A DNA stretch of 64,000 nucleotides. Source: Styela clava (taxonomy: Eukaryota). The DNA lies in assembly GCF_964204865.1 (NCBI RefSeq), contig NC_135259.1:6572001-6636000 (forward strand). The letters are read 5' to 3'. This document shows positions 13,201 through 23,400 of this stretch, in pieces. Position numbers and translations under genes: made by a program. Under the pieces are notes generated by a model, which was not told the DNA's origin, did no database searches, and saw nothing but the letters and a program-made list of their open reading frames with translations. Every line of letters starts with the position of its first letter. Positions within the stretch are counted from its first letter, which is position 1.

Positions 13201-16179
13201 GCGGCATCTACTTGCTGCGGCGTCAGTCTGAACAGTCGATTGATGTCCGGGCGCGATTTGATCAATAATCTAGTCGGGGTGCTTTTACGTTTTCGGGAAA
13301 GACCAATCGCTATAAGCGCCGATATAGAAGCCATGTTTCATATGATTCGATTGCCGGAAGATGATACGGATTCTGCACGTTTTCTCTGGTCGGAAGACCT
13401 TTTTTCAACCAAACGGCCAGATGTGTATAAATTCTTAGTTCGTATTTTTGGAGCTGTGGATTCACCTTATGTCGCAAACTTTTGTTTGAAGAGAGCTGCG
13501 TACGATAGTAGAAACAAGTTTCCTAGAGACGTAATATTAACTACCGATAGAGACTTTTATGTCGATGATTTACTTACTTCGAAATGGAATGTTGATTCCG
13601 CGGTATCGACAGCTAAAGATATGATTAAGATGTTACACGATAAAGGATTCAACTTGACCAAGTGGGTTTCGAATTCTAAATCGGTTTTACGTGAAATATC
13701 CAGTGGACGTGTCGTCACTAATGTTGACTTAGATCTGGACAGATTACCTGTTAGAAAAGCTCTGGGCTTGCATTGGGACATCGAGAAGGATTGCTTTATA
13801 TTCGACCACCAGAAATTTACTGAATTTACCACGAAAAGAAAGGCCCTTAGTGTAACCAGTTCAATATTCGATCCATTAGGATTTGTAGCACCAATCATTT
13901 TGTATGCCAAATTATTACTGCGGGAATGTTGGCGTGACAACTTAGCTTGGGACGAAGTATTTGATAATAAGAGATTGAAGTGTTGGGAAAATTGGATAAA
14001 TTCGCTGAAATGTTTAAAGAGTTTTTCGATTCCACGTCAATTTAAAGGTGTTAAATGTGAAAGTTCCTCGTATGAAATTCATATATTCTGTGATGCATCA
14101 GAAGTGGCATATGGTGCGGTAGCATACATAATATCGAAGCATTCCCGGGAGAATTTTCAGTGTAGTCTTATCGCGGCTAAAGCAAGAGTCGCACCTATGA
14201 AAGGTATGACCGTGCCTCGTTTAGAATTGCAAGGTGCTCTCTTGGCCGTGCGATTGTTAAATTTTCTCCGAAAAGAACTATCCCTTCCACTAGGCGACGT
14301 ACATATGTGGTCCGACTCGACTTGTGTATTGAGATATTTAAAAAATAAAACTCGAAGATTTAAAACATTTGTAGCCAATCGCGTTCGCGAAATACTCGAT
14401 CACACTCGGTCACACCAATGGAAGTACGTCGACTCAGCACAGAATCCCGCTGATTACTGCACTAGGGGAATGACGGTTTCCAAATTTCTAGAAAATTCTG
14501 ATCGATGGCTACATGGACCAGAGTTTTTGCTCATGCCTGAAAGTGATTGGCCAAGCCAGATAGCGTTACGTGCAGTTGACGACCACGACCAAGAGATTAA
14601 ATATCAAACATGCATACTAGCAGATTGTTTTATAACTACGGATAACAGCGATGGAGTACTTGATTCGGAAATCGAAAAGGTCGTCGATGTCGAACGTTTT
14701 GATTCGTGGTTTTCCTTATGCAAACGAACTGCCGTGGTTTTGTTGGCAGCTCGTTATTTTAAGAATCTTTCTGTGAAATGTCCGACGTATAGCCCGCTGC
14801 CAGCTCAACTTGTGACTCCTAAACAGTTGGAACTCGCGGGCCGGTATTGGATAGTTTCTGCTCAAAACAAGCATTTCCGCGTGGAGCGCAAATGCATAAC
14901 TAACGGAGAAGATTTATCATCAAAATCAACGTTACTTAATCTGACGCCATTTTTCGATGGACAAGTGATCCGCGTCGGGGGCCGTCTTGAAAATGCCAAT
15001 ATCCCACTGCGTTCGAAACATCCTATTATACTGCCGTATTCAAGTTTGAAATGTGATTCGAACTGCCCATGTCGAATTTCATGGTTGATAATGAAAGCTG
15101 CTCATATTCGACTCGCACATGCCGGTCCAGAGGCCACGCTTAGCGCATTAAGACAGCGCTACTGGCATATAAAAGGGAGAAAACTTGTCAAACGAATAAT
15201 TGATAATTGTTGGGAATGTAAAAGACGTCGAGCAAGTTGCAGAACCCCACTGATGTCGAATCTGCCCAAAGTTCGTGTTACTGAAGCAAGACCGTTCGAA
15301 AATGTCGGGCTGGATTTCTTCGGCCCGATCCAAACAAAGAGAGGCAGGGTCTTAGAGAAACGATGGGGGTGTTTGTTTTGTTGTCTTTCAATGAGAGCTG
15401 TACACATTGAGATGGCATGGACTATGGATACTGATTCCTTCATATGTGTACTTTTGTCTTTCATTGCGATACGAGGACCTGTATCCCAAATATGGTCGGA
15501 CAACGGATCAAATATAGTTGGTGGTTCCCGAGAGCTGAAAACCGTCCTTAACTCGATAGATGAATCTCGCGTGGCAGAACTGTGCTTAAAACACAATATT
15601 GAATGGCATTTCACTCCACCTTACGCTCCCCATTTTGGTGGCGTTTGGGAAAGATTAGTAAAGTCCGCAAAGCGTGCTTTGAAAGCAGTTCTGGGGAATG
15701 TGCGTGTAACCGACGAAGTCTTGAAGACCGCGTTTGCGAGGGTTACCGACATCATGAATAGTAGACCCATTACAACAGTGAGCGACGAACCAACCGACTT
15801 TAGTGCCATTACACCAAATTGTTTGTTGAAAGGGCATTCGGCCGAAGTGTTTCCACTGGATTCAGACGTGATGAAATTATGCTACAGAAAACGATGGAGG
15901 CAAACCGAAGCTATTTGTAATCAGTTTTGGAGAAGATGGCGAAAAGATTACCTACCGAATTTGATGACACGATGTAAGTGGCGGAAGGAACAACAAAACT
16001 TACAAGAAGGAAATCTGGTGCTCGTTTCTGACCCCGTTGCACCGAGAGGACGTTGGCAACTTGGTCGTGTTATTCAAATTTACCCTGGTTCTGACGGACG
16101 AGTCCGAACTGTCGCGGTTAAAACTATAAATGGCATACATATTCGACCCGCATCGAAAATCTGCCTCCTAGAAGAATGA
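10240..16179 (+). CDS. BEL/Pao gag-pol polyprotein (1979 aa)
   Basis: Coiled-coil N-terminus; gag (IPSFSGTPLEWPNF); three Cys/His knuckles (CFYCNGFHSLSNC, CFNCLEPGHLAISC, CRVCPGKHHSAIH); aspartic protease LDSAS; RT with KLRIVFDA, ADIEAMF and YVDD; RNase H HIFCDASEVAYG; integrase H-H-CxxC, DFFGP, SDNG, PHFGGVWE. The order PR-RT-RH-IN and these motifs fit BEL/Pao. Confidence 0.97.
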   Translation: MNEADESITQDLNRREASSSPAVPLAETDGGNSETIGRNVLCHERVRLQNELNGLCDRISKSITENAQNSIVTDLKIKLHVKRFAYDQVMDKLIPTTRNPNVLKKYETGRQMMLSKIDQIESRINSYLDEEIVSDHGSVESNTSKCSVESLKRLQLEQEREVERADSLVRMAKRDFLTEEDTIRNKISALERRLDTKRRDINEKERMADLTRRQADELMREIEQEKTELATKKMPKDNFRGVNIEYPLESTRRRSAANFFVPTKSRVATNSEKTKELHFPTARTYKRPSPANRMLIPQEAVDAWIDHLEPNQSGKFSVNSFNMSVEEQTMLSLQLNSRILSQHHLSPITIPSFSGTPLEWPNFIELFFDNVHSSLDDDGSRMVRLVASLTGVAKRHVDGLGTVGSNYIVALSELKHIFGQRVTIARAFLEKVVDGRRVTEFSIRKISDFHSEVRDIVINLKKMRLLADLYSIENVRKTAMRIPAELTSSWNKFVTDMIRADEMPSLLDFEQWLWERCEELGNPFSPNLFSTKIDRDDRRQAFPKKNVVYPLSGHSNQPLEQPRMQCFYCNGFHSLSNCDSFRFSANDTKRRFLLNSRLCFNCLEPGHLAISCRFRNMCRVCPGKHHSAIHGLRVVPNRLSDNNQPDLPPHMSGVANSHVSGVNGVQFQLLPVVVKGPLGSSEYAIAVLDSASQISIIHPKLKQKLGLKGSPRCLTINTLCNKGVSQNTEVVKLSVRSAHDESGQILMLSNVFVVESRIPHPARILKNDHNMTHLQDIPLTDIEANKAMILIGADNPLAHFQLERRVGQQHEPVGIKTPLGWTLIGSSGPTNEDETVSNMLCCDLRDQYNMLQEQVERFWSTEAVGTAYNLTRSESIEDRQTDNLMERKIRFIDGHYEVGFMWRNENCEMPPNEHVALNRFENLRKRLQGNERLRNLYCKEMAKNIERGWVRKLTSDEKAFRGPRTWFLPHHGVENPNKPNKLRIVFDAASTCCGVSLNSRLMSGRDLINNLVGVLLRFRERPIAISADIEAMFHMIRLPEDDTDSARFLWSEDLFSTKRPDVYKFLVRIFGAVDSPYVANFCLKRAAYDSRNKFPRDVILTTDRDFYVDDLLTSKWNVDSAVSTAKDMIKMLHDKGFNLTKWVSNSKSVLREISSGRVVTNVDLDLDRLPVRKALGLHWDIEKDCFIFDHQKFTEFTTKRKALSVTSSIFDPLGFVAPIILYAKLLLRECWRDNLAWDEVFDNKRLKCWENWINSLKCLKSFSIPRQFKGVKCESSSYEIHIFCDASEVAYGAVAYIISKHSRENFQCSLIAAKARVAPMKGMTVPRLELQGALLAVRLLNFLRKELSLPLGDVHMWSDSTCVLRYLKNKTRRFKTFVANRVREILDHTRSHQWKYVDSAQNPADYCTRGMTVSKFLENSDRWLHGPEFLLMPESDWPSQIALRAVDDHDQEIKYQTCILADCFITTDNSDGVLDSEIEKVVDVERFDSWFSLCKRTAVVLLAARYFKNLSVKCPTYSPLPAQLVTPKQLELAGRYWIVSAQNKHFRVERKCITNGEDLSSKSTLLNLTPFFDGQVIRVGGRLENANIPLRSKHPIILPYSSLKCDSNCPCRISWLIMKAAHIRLAHAGPEATLSALRQRYWHIKGRKLVKRIIDNCWECKRRRASCRTPLMSNLPKVRVTEARPFENVGLDFFGPIQTKRGRVLEKRWGCLFCCLSMRAVHIEMAWTMDTDSFICVLLSFIAIRGPVSQIWSDNGSNIVGGSRELKTVLNSIDESRVAELCLKHNIEWHFTPPYAPHFGGVWERLVKSAKRALKAVLGNVRVTDEVLKTAFARVTDIMNSRPITTVSDEPTDFSAITPNCLLKGHSAEVFPLDSDVMKLCYRKRWRQTEAICNQFWRRWRKDYLPNLMTRCKWRKEQQNLQEGNLVLVSDPVAPRGRWQLGRVIQIYPGSDGRVRTVAVKTINGIHIRPASKICLLEE

Positions 16180-16207
16180 CTTCCTGCGGATAGTCATGGG
16201 GTGGCTT

Positions 16208-16814
16208 TGTCGGCAGTCCGTGTGGTCCTAAAGTTTAGTTTAGTTAGGATTCCTTCAGTTGTACATCGTCATCGTGATGATTATCGCTATCTCGTCGTCG
16301 TCATCATTACTGTGTTGTTTTCTCGTATTCGACGTGTCGCATTTTTCTTTTTCACGTGTTATCGTGTTACGTATTTATTTTATTATCGTCCCCTAAGCTC
16401 AGCAAGATGTTTAAGATTGCATTTCTGGTGGTAGCAGTTTAGGATTTCATTTCTTGTTATGGCAGTTTAAGATTACATCGCCTTTATAACGTTGAAGTTT
16501 GAATTCATTCAATAGTCTTCTTTTATACTGTATTTCGAATCGTTCGATATAACATTATGATATTTGCATGTCTACAGCTCGTATGGTATTGCATTTATAG
16601 TTACTGTTTTACCTTGGTTGTATATCTGTCGTTTTGGGACTATGCTGTTATATGGAGTTGTTTTGTGTAAGTATTAGTTTAATATTCTGTATCATTTGTC
16701 TTTGATTTATTTGGTGCTAATTATTTCATTTGTATTTTAGTCAACCGTTTTGAATACTTTCAATAAAACGAGTCTGGCAAATCGACTTATCATTTCCGGG
16801 TCCCAAAAGTGACA
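16208..16814 (+). repeat. 3' LTR
   Basis: Same length and sequence as the 5' LTR; followed by TSD TGCAT. Confidence 0.95.
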
Positions 16815-17223
16815 TGCATTCATATTAGTTCGAAAGATATAAAGCAAACAATGTCGATAATTAGCAAAAAATGTATAAAACGGCGTTTCGGCGTATTCAT
16901 ATGCGATTCTCTGAAATGTAAAATAAAAATATTTCCACTTCTAATGTGGGATATATCATAATATCGCATTTAATTTTCTTGGATAAAATCTGATTCCCAG
17001 CAATGTACATTTTTATATGTCGCGGTAATGGTCCTTCAATGTACGATTTTGAAAGGGAACATTGCTTGGAATTGTGGGTAAAAAATTTCGCCAGAATTTC
17101 GCTAACTTCACACGGGTCCTAAAATAGCCCCGAAAATTTTGCAATGATACGGTATGTGAAGAGTTTTCCGGGGGTCAAAGGTCGGGGAAAGGTCCATTAA
17201 ACTAGGTTTGCCAAAAGCGTTAA

Positions 17224-18428
17224 TAGGGTTGCCATACCGTCCGGAAAATTCCGGAATTCAGGGTTAAATTTTGCCTCCGGGAAGAATTTAAAAAAATGCT
17301 CAAATGTCCGGAATTTTACTGCATCCCCATCGTAATGTGCACAATGCTAATATTACGAGGTTGTGTGGAATTATGATGTAACAGCACGTTTTCATTATCA
17401 ATGATGTTTACCACTTAGAAATTTCTGATTATTATTCGCTGACTGTTTTACCCGTTTCGTCGAGCAGCTGCAAGTGTATTTGATAGCAGCTAGTTCCTTG
17501 TTAAGTTAGCTGAATACAGAAGTTTTATACCACTGAGCTTTACTTGTGGATTTTTCTATTTGAATAAGAAGCTAGTCAAGAATTCGGGATCGAAAGTGCT
17601 AGTCTCTGAAGCCTTTTAGTTCAGCTAGTCTGGTGGTAAATTACCTTGTTTTTTAGAGTATGCATTTTTAGTTGGGTTGTATTTATTGTTAATATAAAAA
17701 GATAGTATTTCAAATGGCTATTTCTAAACAAAAGTACACATTCACGAGATGCAAGAAAAACATCCATGTTTCAGAAAAGGCTGGAATGGTTATGAAGCAG
17801 AATGCTTGGTTTGTAAATCAAGAACCTTTATATCTGTCGTGCACAATGGTAATGGTGATTTAAACACACATCTGCAATCGGAAAAACATCGCAAAGCAGT
17901 AAAAGGGGCTGTTGCATGACCGAAAATGACAAATTATTGTGTGCAGCAGGAAGCAAATGCGAAAATAAAATCATTGCCGCAGAAGGCACTCTTGCATTTC
18001 ACGCTGTTAAGTATCATCATAGCTTTTTGTCCATGGACTGTACATCTGTTTCACCCAAAAAGATTTTCCCTGATTCTAATGTAGCGAAGAAGTTAAGTAG
18101 TGGCCGCACAAAGACAGAAAAAGTGGTTTCTAGCGTACTTGCGCTATATTCTATTGATGCTGTTCTGAAAAGTTTTGAAGACAAAGATATTGCGTATTTT
18201 GTCGTTGCAACAGATGGCAGCAATCACAATGAACTGAAATTATTTCCTACAATTATTCAATATTTTGACCTGAGGAAAGGTGGTTTGCAATCAAAATTGA
18301 TTGAGTTTACAAACAAGGCAAACGACACTGCCGACACAATTGCCACTTATATGAAAGACATCTTAGAAAAAATGATGCTTTTGAAAAAAAAAGGGTGGCA
18401 TTTACAGGAGACAACTGTAAAACAATGA
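17224..18428 (+). mobile_element. 3'-truncated hAT (Blackjack-like) transposon with frameshifted transposase
   Basis: Left TIR TAGGGTTGCCATA with TCCGGA subterminal repeats. From ATG 17714 a zinc-finger-like ECLVC...HLQSEKH, then in shifted frames HHSFLSMDC...IFPDSNVAKKLSSGRTKT and the first catalytic Asp in ATDGSNH. No right end found. Confidence 0.8.
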
Positions 18429-19939
18429 AACAATGATTTCTAATAAACTTGAAGATGGAAAACATTCGCTACAATTCTTCCACCACCAAATGACCTTTGG
18501 CGATCGTTTGGGAGTTCTCCGACCATATTCGACATTTCAATTTTTTACATTTCATGGTTTCTTTCTTTTTATTATTGCGAGTCTCGGTAAATCTCCTGTT
18601 TCGTCTTAGGTTCTGCATTAGATACCACAAAGCAATGTGTTCTACGTAACTCGCCGTATATACATGGGTGGGAGCGAACACTAATGGAATGCATTACATA
18701 TTCAAAATTTATTATGGGTTGAAAATCACAGATTGAAGTTTTCTTAGGTTCAATGCTTTTAACAACCAACAGTCAAGTGTGTTTTGCTTGATATATTAAA
18801 ATACGTTGTGCACGCATTATCCTCAAGAATAAACCAAATATATACGTAAAATTAATGCAAATATCGTACGTTTTTGTAACAGAGTAATCTTAAAAACAAA
18901 ATTCAAAATTAATTTATGTTTAGTCTCATTCTACGTAAATAGATGATACAGATACATTGTTAAAACAATGAAATATTCCAAAATTCAAATTTAATCATTA
19001 CGGACTGTATCAAAAAAAAATTCCTTCAAAAAATTGTTTTGATATGCCATTGTTATCAAGAATGAAACAATGCATGCTTTTGATAAATCATTGTTTGAAA
19101 TTCAAATGATAGTTTCGCGTATGGAGGAAATTGATTGAATTGGGAACTATCACTACAGAACAGTGGTTCTCAACGTGTGGTACGCGGGAGCTTTTCAAGT
19201 GGTACGCGAGCAGATTTTAATTATTGCAACAATTAACCTTTCAGTTGGATAAAATATGCCGACGACGCTTTATCTTCCTTACTGTATGTATTTGCGGAAC
19301 AGCGTTTATGAAGGTTTCCCCAAGCATCAGTTTCCTTGTTTTTTAGTAACTATAACCAATCAGCAAAAAGTCAATAATGACGCAACTCGTAACAATCGCA
19401 ATTTCTGCACCCAGCCCATCAGACACTTTTGTCGCTCAAACAGATATTCAAGCATGGTTGCAAACAATGCCTCGTTTTTGTAGTTTTGAGTGATATTTTT
19501 TAGTTGTATTTCAAGAAAATAATTGTGAATTAATTAACTTAATTGTCATTATGACTTCCGCGGACCTTTACTTTAGTTGCAGTAATCGAAATTGAATCTC
19601 ACAAATGCTGTGATGGACAAAGCTAAACTTAGCTATATTCAGGGCTGCCATCGACATGAACCCAAAAATAAGGACATCAGGAAAACATAATATTAGAATA
19701 ACAAAGAACGAAATGTAATAAATAAAATGTATTCCTGCCAGTACAGTACTGGAGCGCCGTTAGTGTTGTACGAACAGCTCAGATTTGTTGAATTTACAAA
19801 AATACGAATCAAAACAAAATACAATCCTGCACTTCACCACGCATTTTTGTGTCCACGGATTGTCATATTTCCTGAGTAGTATTGCTTTTATTTCGTCAAC
19901 ATAGCCGCAGATTAAAATGATCACAATTAAATTAATATT

Positions 19940-20517
19940 AAAGCAAGGCGATGAATAATTTTTTTTTGATTTACTAATATATATACTTTGATTATATTTT
20001 AAAAAAAATACTAAATCAAGTTGTACTTTCTGGGAATTCATAGCAGGTAGTAGAAATTTTGTAACGGCGATAACAAATTCGCAAGATGTATCAAAACTAA
20101 ATATAAAAAATATGTATCAAAACGAAATATAATCCGGCAATATATTCTCATATTATTATGTTCGCAAAGAGACGTGGCATTTTAAAGAAGTAATGCTCTC
20201 ATCTTGTCATGAGTCGACGCGACCGCGAGTGAGCATGAACACAATTAAAATAAAATAGAAAGAAATTTTAAATTCTCGTCGTTGTCATGGATTGAATATT
20301 GTGCGACAGAAAAGGCCATTTATACACTAAAAATTCGACTCTTTTAACAAACGCGCAATTGCGGCGAATTTCCAATTTTGGAAATCGTTAAAATTCTGTT
20401 GTGTTTAGTTTTATTACTTTTTCACACCGAGTACATTTGCAATAAACGCACGTTGAGTCCGCAAAGGTTTTCGCCGATGAGAAAATAGTCCGCGACCAAA
20501 AAAGGTTGGGAAACGCT
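19940..20517 (-). mobile_element. Inverted, diverged copy of the hAT MITE at 56058-56726
   Basis: 20340-20517 is the reverse complement of 56058-56235 (ends GGTTGGGAAACGCT); 19940-20060 matches 56240-56335. Confidence 0.8.
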
Positions 20518-20915
20518 CTTAGAGTGTTTTATGGCAAGGTTATATATTAAAATTGCAAAAGAAAATTTGTCATGTAAATTTTTATCGCTATTTTACGATA
20601 GTGGAAATTCTAGCGATAGATGAAATGTTGTATGCTGTGTTTAACTCTCATCTGTGCTGAATATATATGATATTTGAATATATGTAAACTAGAATATAGT
20701 TTATGTATTGAATCACGCACGGAAAGTTTCAGTCTTGACAGCATTGTATTATTACCATAATAAAAGCAACTGTATGCGAATTATTTATACAAAGCTATAA
20801 ACATATTGTACATATTCGTTTCATTCTTTTAGATTCACTATTGCGTTTTAATCTATATGAAATTTTTTTCGCATTCAATTACAAAATTTGCTTATGCGCA
20901 AATGCGGATTTTCAT

Positions 20916-21260
20916 ATTATGCAATAAATTGGAAATTTCCACGTCCACAATCACTATATTTACCTATAATTTTGCACATATGGAAGATTGATTGAATTGC
21001 AAAGAATGAAAAATTTGTCTAATTTTCATTTAATATCCACAGGAAATTCCCGGAAATAGTTTGTCCTCGTTTCAAGCATGAAGTACGTATAAAACTAACC
21101 CGATTGATTTCGTTGATACGTTTCTCCTATATTTCCCACGGAGAAAATTTCGGAAGCAGTGAATGGTCAATCCGTTGTTTTTTCCGACCATATGTGTAGA
21201 TGGTTATATAAGTCACCATAGCGTGTCAATTTCATGTACTGAAAGCTATCTTTTTAAAAG
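20916..21260 (+). promoter_or_regulatory. Promoter and non-coding first exon of the peptide gene
   Basis: ATTATGCAAT (20916-20925, C/EBP-like); GGAAATTTCC (20931-20940); GGAAATTCCC (21042-21051, reverse complement GGGAATTTCC fits the kappaB consensus); TATATAA 21205-21211; donor GTGAGT at 21261 pairing with the acceptor at 21607-21608. Confidence 0.6.
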
Positions 21261-21620
21261 GTGAGTGAGTATTGGTAAGGTGCGACCTATAACATGTCGT
21301 GATAATACCGTACCTACATATTGTGTACCATTATCTGATCACGATGATTGCCCATAATTTCCATCTCTAATACCCAAATATATCGGCCCGACGGGACAAC
21401 AAGATTTGCCCCAAATAACAGATTTTACTGAACGATCCATATGCATAATTTGTGACTAACAATCACAAATATATTGAATAATATCATGAACTGTGTAAAA
21501 TATGTATGTACAATGTAGGAAAAATATATTTGGGTTTCGTGCAAGTTCATAATATGTTGATTTTTTTTATTTATAAATATATGAAACGCTTCAATATATT
21601 TTTATTAGGTAGTTGTCGAG

Positions 21621-22883
21621 ATGGGAACGAAAACTTTTCTTCTGATTGCATTGTTGTCAGTCCTAGTTTTCAACGAATCTGAAGCATGGAGATTTGGGAG
21701 AATATTTAGAAGTATCAAGAGGACTGTGTCACCAATGTTGAGGGGCAATGGAATGCAAAATGGCCCAAACGAGTGTGGTGGAGGTGGAGGCGAAGAATAT
21801 CAGCAACGCTCCTATAACAGAGGGTATAATATGTTGAAACCTCAAACTCATTTAATTGAAGGTTGATGATATCACGACTATATAATAGGGTCAATTTTGT
21901 ACTAAAATCGGTAACTGTGACGTAGAACCAATCCAAACATGAAATGTAAAGACAGCTGAGACCCAACTTTTCAAAGGATCTATTACTGAGAAAAACAGTC
22001 GAACAAACTGTACAATTTTCATGGATTTGATGAAAAATCAAATGCAATTTTATCAAAACATAAATCGACCAAAAAAAAGTAAAGCATAAAATGTCATTTG
22101 TTCTTGTAAGGCGACAAAGGTTACACTTTACACAAATGTATTTAAAATTCATATATATTCTTTCTGCAACATTACAGCCGTCGTCGACGTCGTGCATACC
22201 AGGGCAGAAGACGACGTAGAAGAAGATCCAGAGGAGACAATGAAATTAGCGAACAGGCAAGAAATCTTTTCACGCAAATTAAGTATATAAAACTAGATTA
22301 AACATTTGATATGATTGGCTTGAGTAGAAGAAAATGAATAAATATTGAAAGCCTTGTAACGAAACAAAAAATTCACGTTCCTAGTGAAATTTATTCATCG
22401 AATTTTTCATACTCATTATATTCAATGAGAGTTGTGTACGTGACCGTTCCTTCACTCCTCGTAAATTTTTCAGAAAGTTTCAGCCTTGACATGTTTCAAA
22501 TTTTTTTGCATGTTAACCTCACGTATTGTTTACTGTATAAATATGAATATAATATAAACTTATTCAGGAACTCGAGGACGCCAGTGATTTTATGGACATG
22601 CTTGCTGATGAGTATGGCGAAATTCAAGCCCAGAAAATGTTTACAGACTTCTTAGCACAATACAAGGCAAAAGAAGGTATGAGTTGTATATTGACTATTT
22701 TAATTGGAATAGCGTAAGCTGTGTTCTTGCATCACAACTGCTGCCTTAGCACTATATTTTATACTATGAATAACTAGCCTTGCAAAAGTGACACATATTT
22801 TCTGCTTATTTACAGAAGATGTTGATGATCCTGCGAAACATCTATTTGATGACGATAAGGAAGACATCGCTAGCTTTGAATAA
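21621..22883 (+). CDS. Secreted cationic (antimicrobial-like) peptide precursor, 152 aa, styelin/Ci-MAM-like architecture
   Basis: join(21621-21823, 22178-22256, 22568-22676, 22816-22883), phases 2/0/1, second intron GC-AG (CAG|GCAAG). Protein: MGTKTFLLIALLSVLVFNESEA-WRFGRIFRSIKRTVSPMLRGNGMQNGPNECGGGGGEEYQQRSYNRGRRRRRAYQGRRRRRRRSRG-DNEISEQELEDASDFMDMLADEYGEIQAQKMFTDFLAQYKAKEEDVDDPAKHLFDDDKEDIASFE*. AATAAA at ~22974. Confidence 0.85.
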
Positions 22884-23325
22884 TCTAATCTAGATTCTCC
22901 AAGATGTTTGACTGTCGGACCGAACATGACATCATGAAATTATATTTTTACTTTGTTGTTTTTATGGGCATAAAATAAAACGGATGCTAATTATGGCAAT
23001 TTGATGTGTGTTGATCTGATACAGACTACATTTGTTTTCATTCTTAGTATTTAGCGCATGTTCTCGGATTTGTTTGGCATTTTTTGCTAGACATGTAATG
23101 GAAATGTCGGTACCTACCTTTTCATACAGTGCTCTTACATATATTATTTTGTGATCGGATAGATGGTTCAAATCCCAAACAATATGGACTTGAAGACGAC
23201 TTTAGATCCTGTTGGATACTTTTTTTGACAAAATTTGTAGTACTCTATCTTTGTAGACGCGTAGTTAAATCTCACTTGTTGTCGGTTGGAGAGGTCGCAT
23301 CCATTTGTCCCAGTAGTTCCTAGAT

Positions 23326-23400
23326 CAGGGGTGGGCAACTTCTCTAGTCGGCGGGCCAGATGTGGGAAAATGAAGTACTCGGCGGGCCGGATGATTACAA
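23326..23400 (+). mobile_element. hAT MITE left-end remnant
   Basis: CAGGGGTGGGCAAC after tcctagat, with GCGGGCC subterminal motifs; right end not found. Confidence 0.55.

Larger units (their letters stand above)
9605..16814 (+). mobile_element. Full-length BEL/Pao LTR retrotransposon
   Basis: 607-bp LTRs (TGTC...GACA) at 9605-10211 and 16208-16814; 5-bp TSD TGCAT at 9600-9604 and 16815-16819; single gag-pol ORF; GGGGTGG PPT-like run before the 3' LTR. Confidence 0.97.

Noticed and set aside
10134-15837. Many minus-strand ORFs within the retrotransposon
   Set aside because: Antisense shadows of the long gag-pol frame with no motifs.
21621-21866. 81-aa single-exon version of the peptide gene from the ORF track
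   Set aside because: It reads through the donor at 21824; the spliced model has consistent phases and a coherent acidic propiece.
23160-23320. B-box-like GGTTCAAATCCC (also GGTTCAAACCC near 39590) as tRNA genes
   Set aside because: No cloverleaf could be folded; at most decayed tRNA-derived SINEs.
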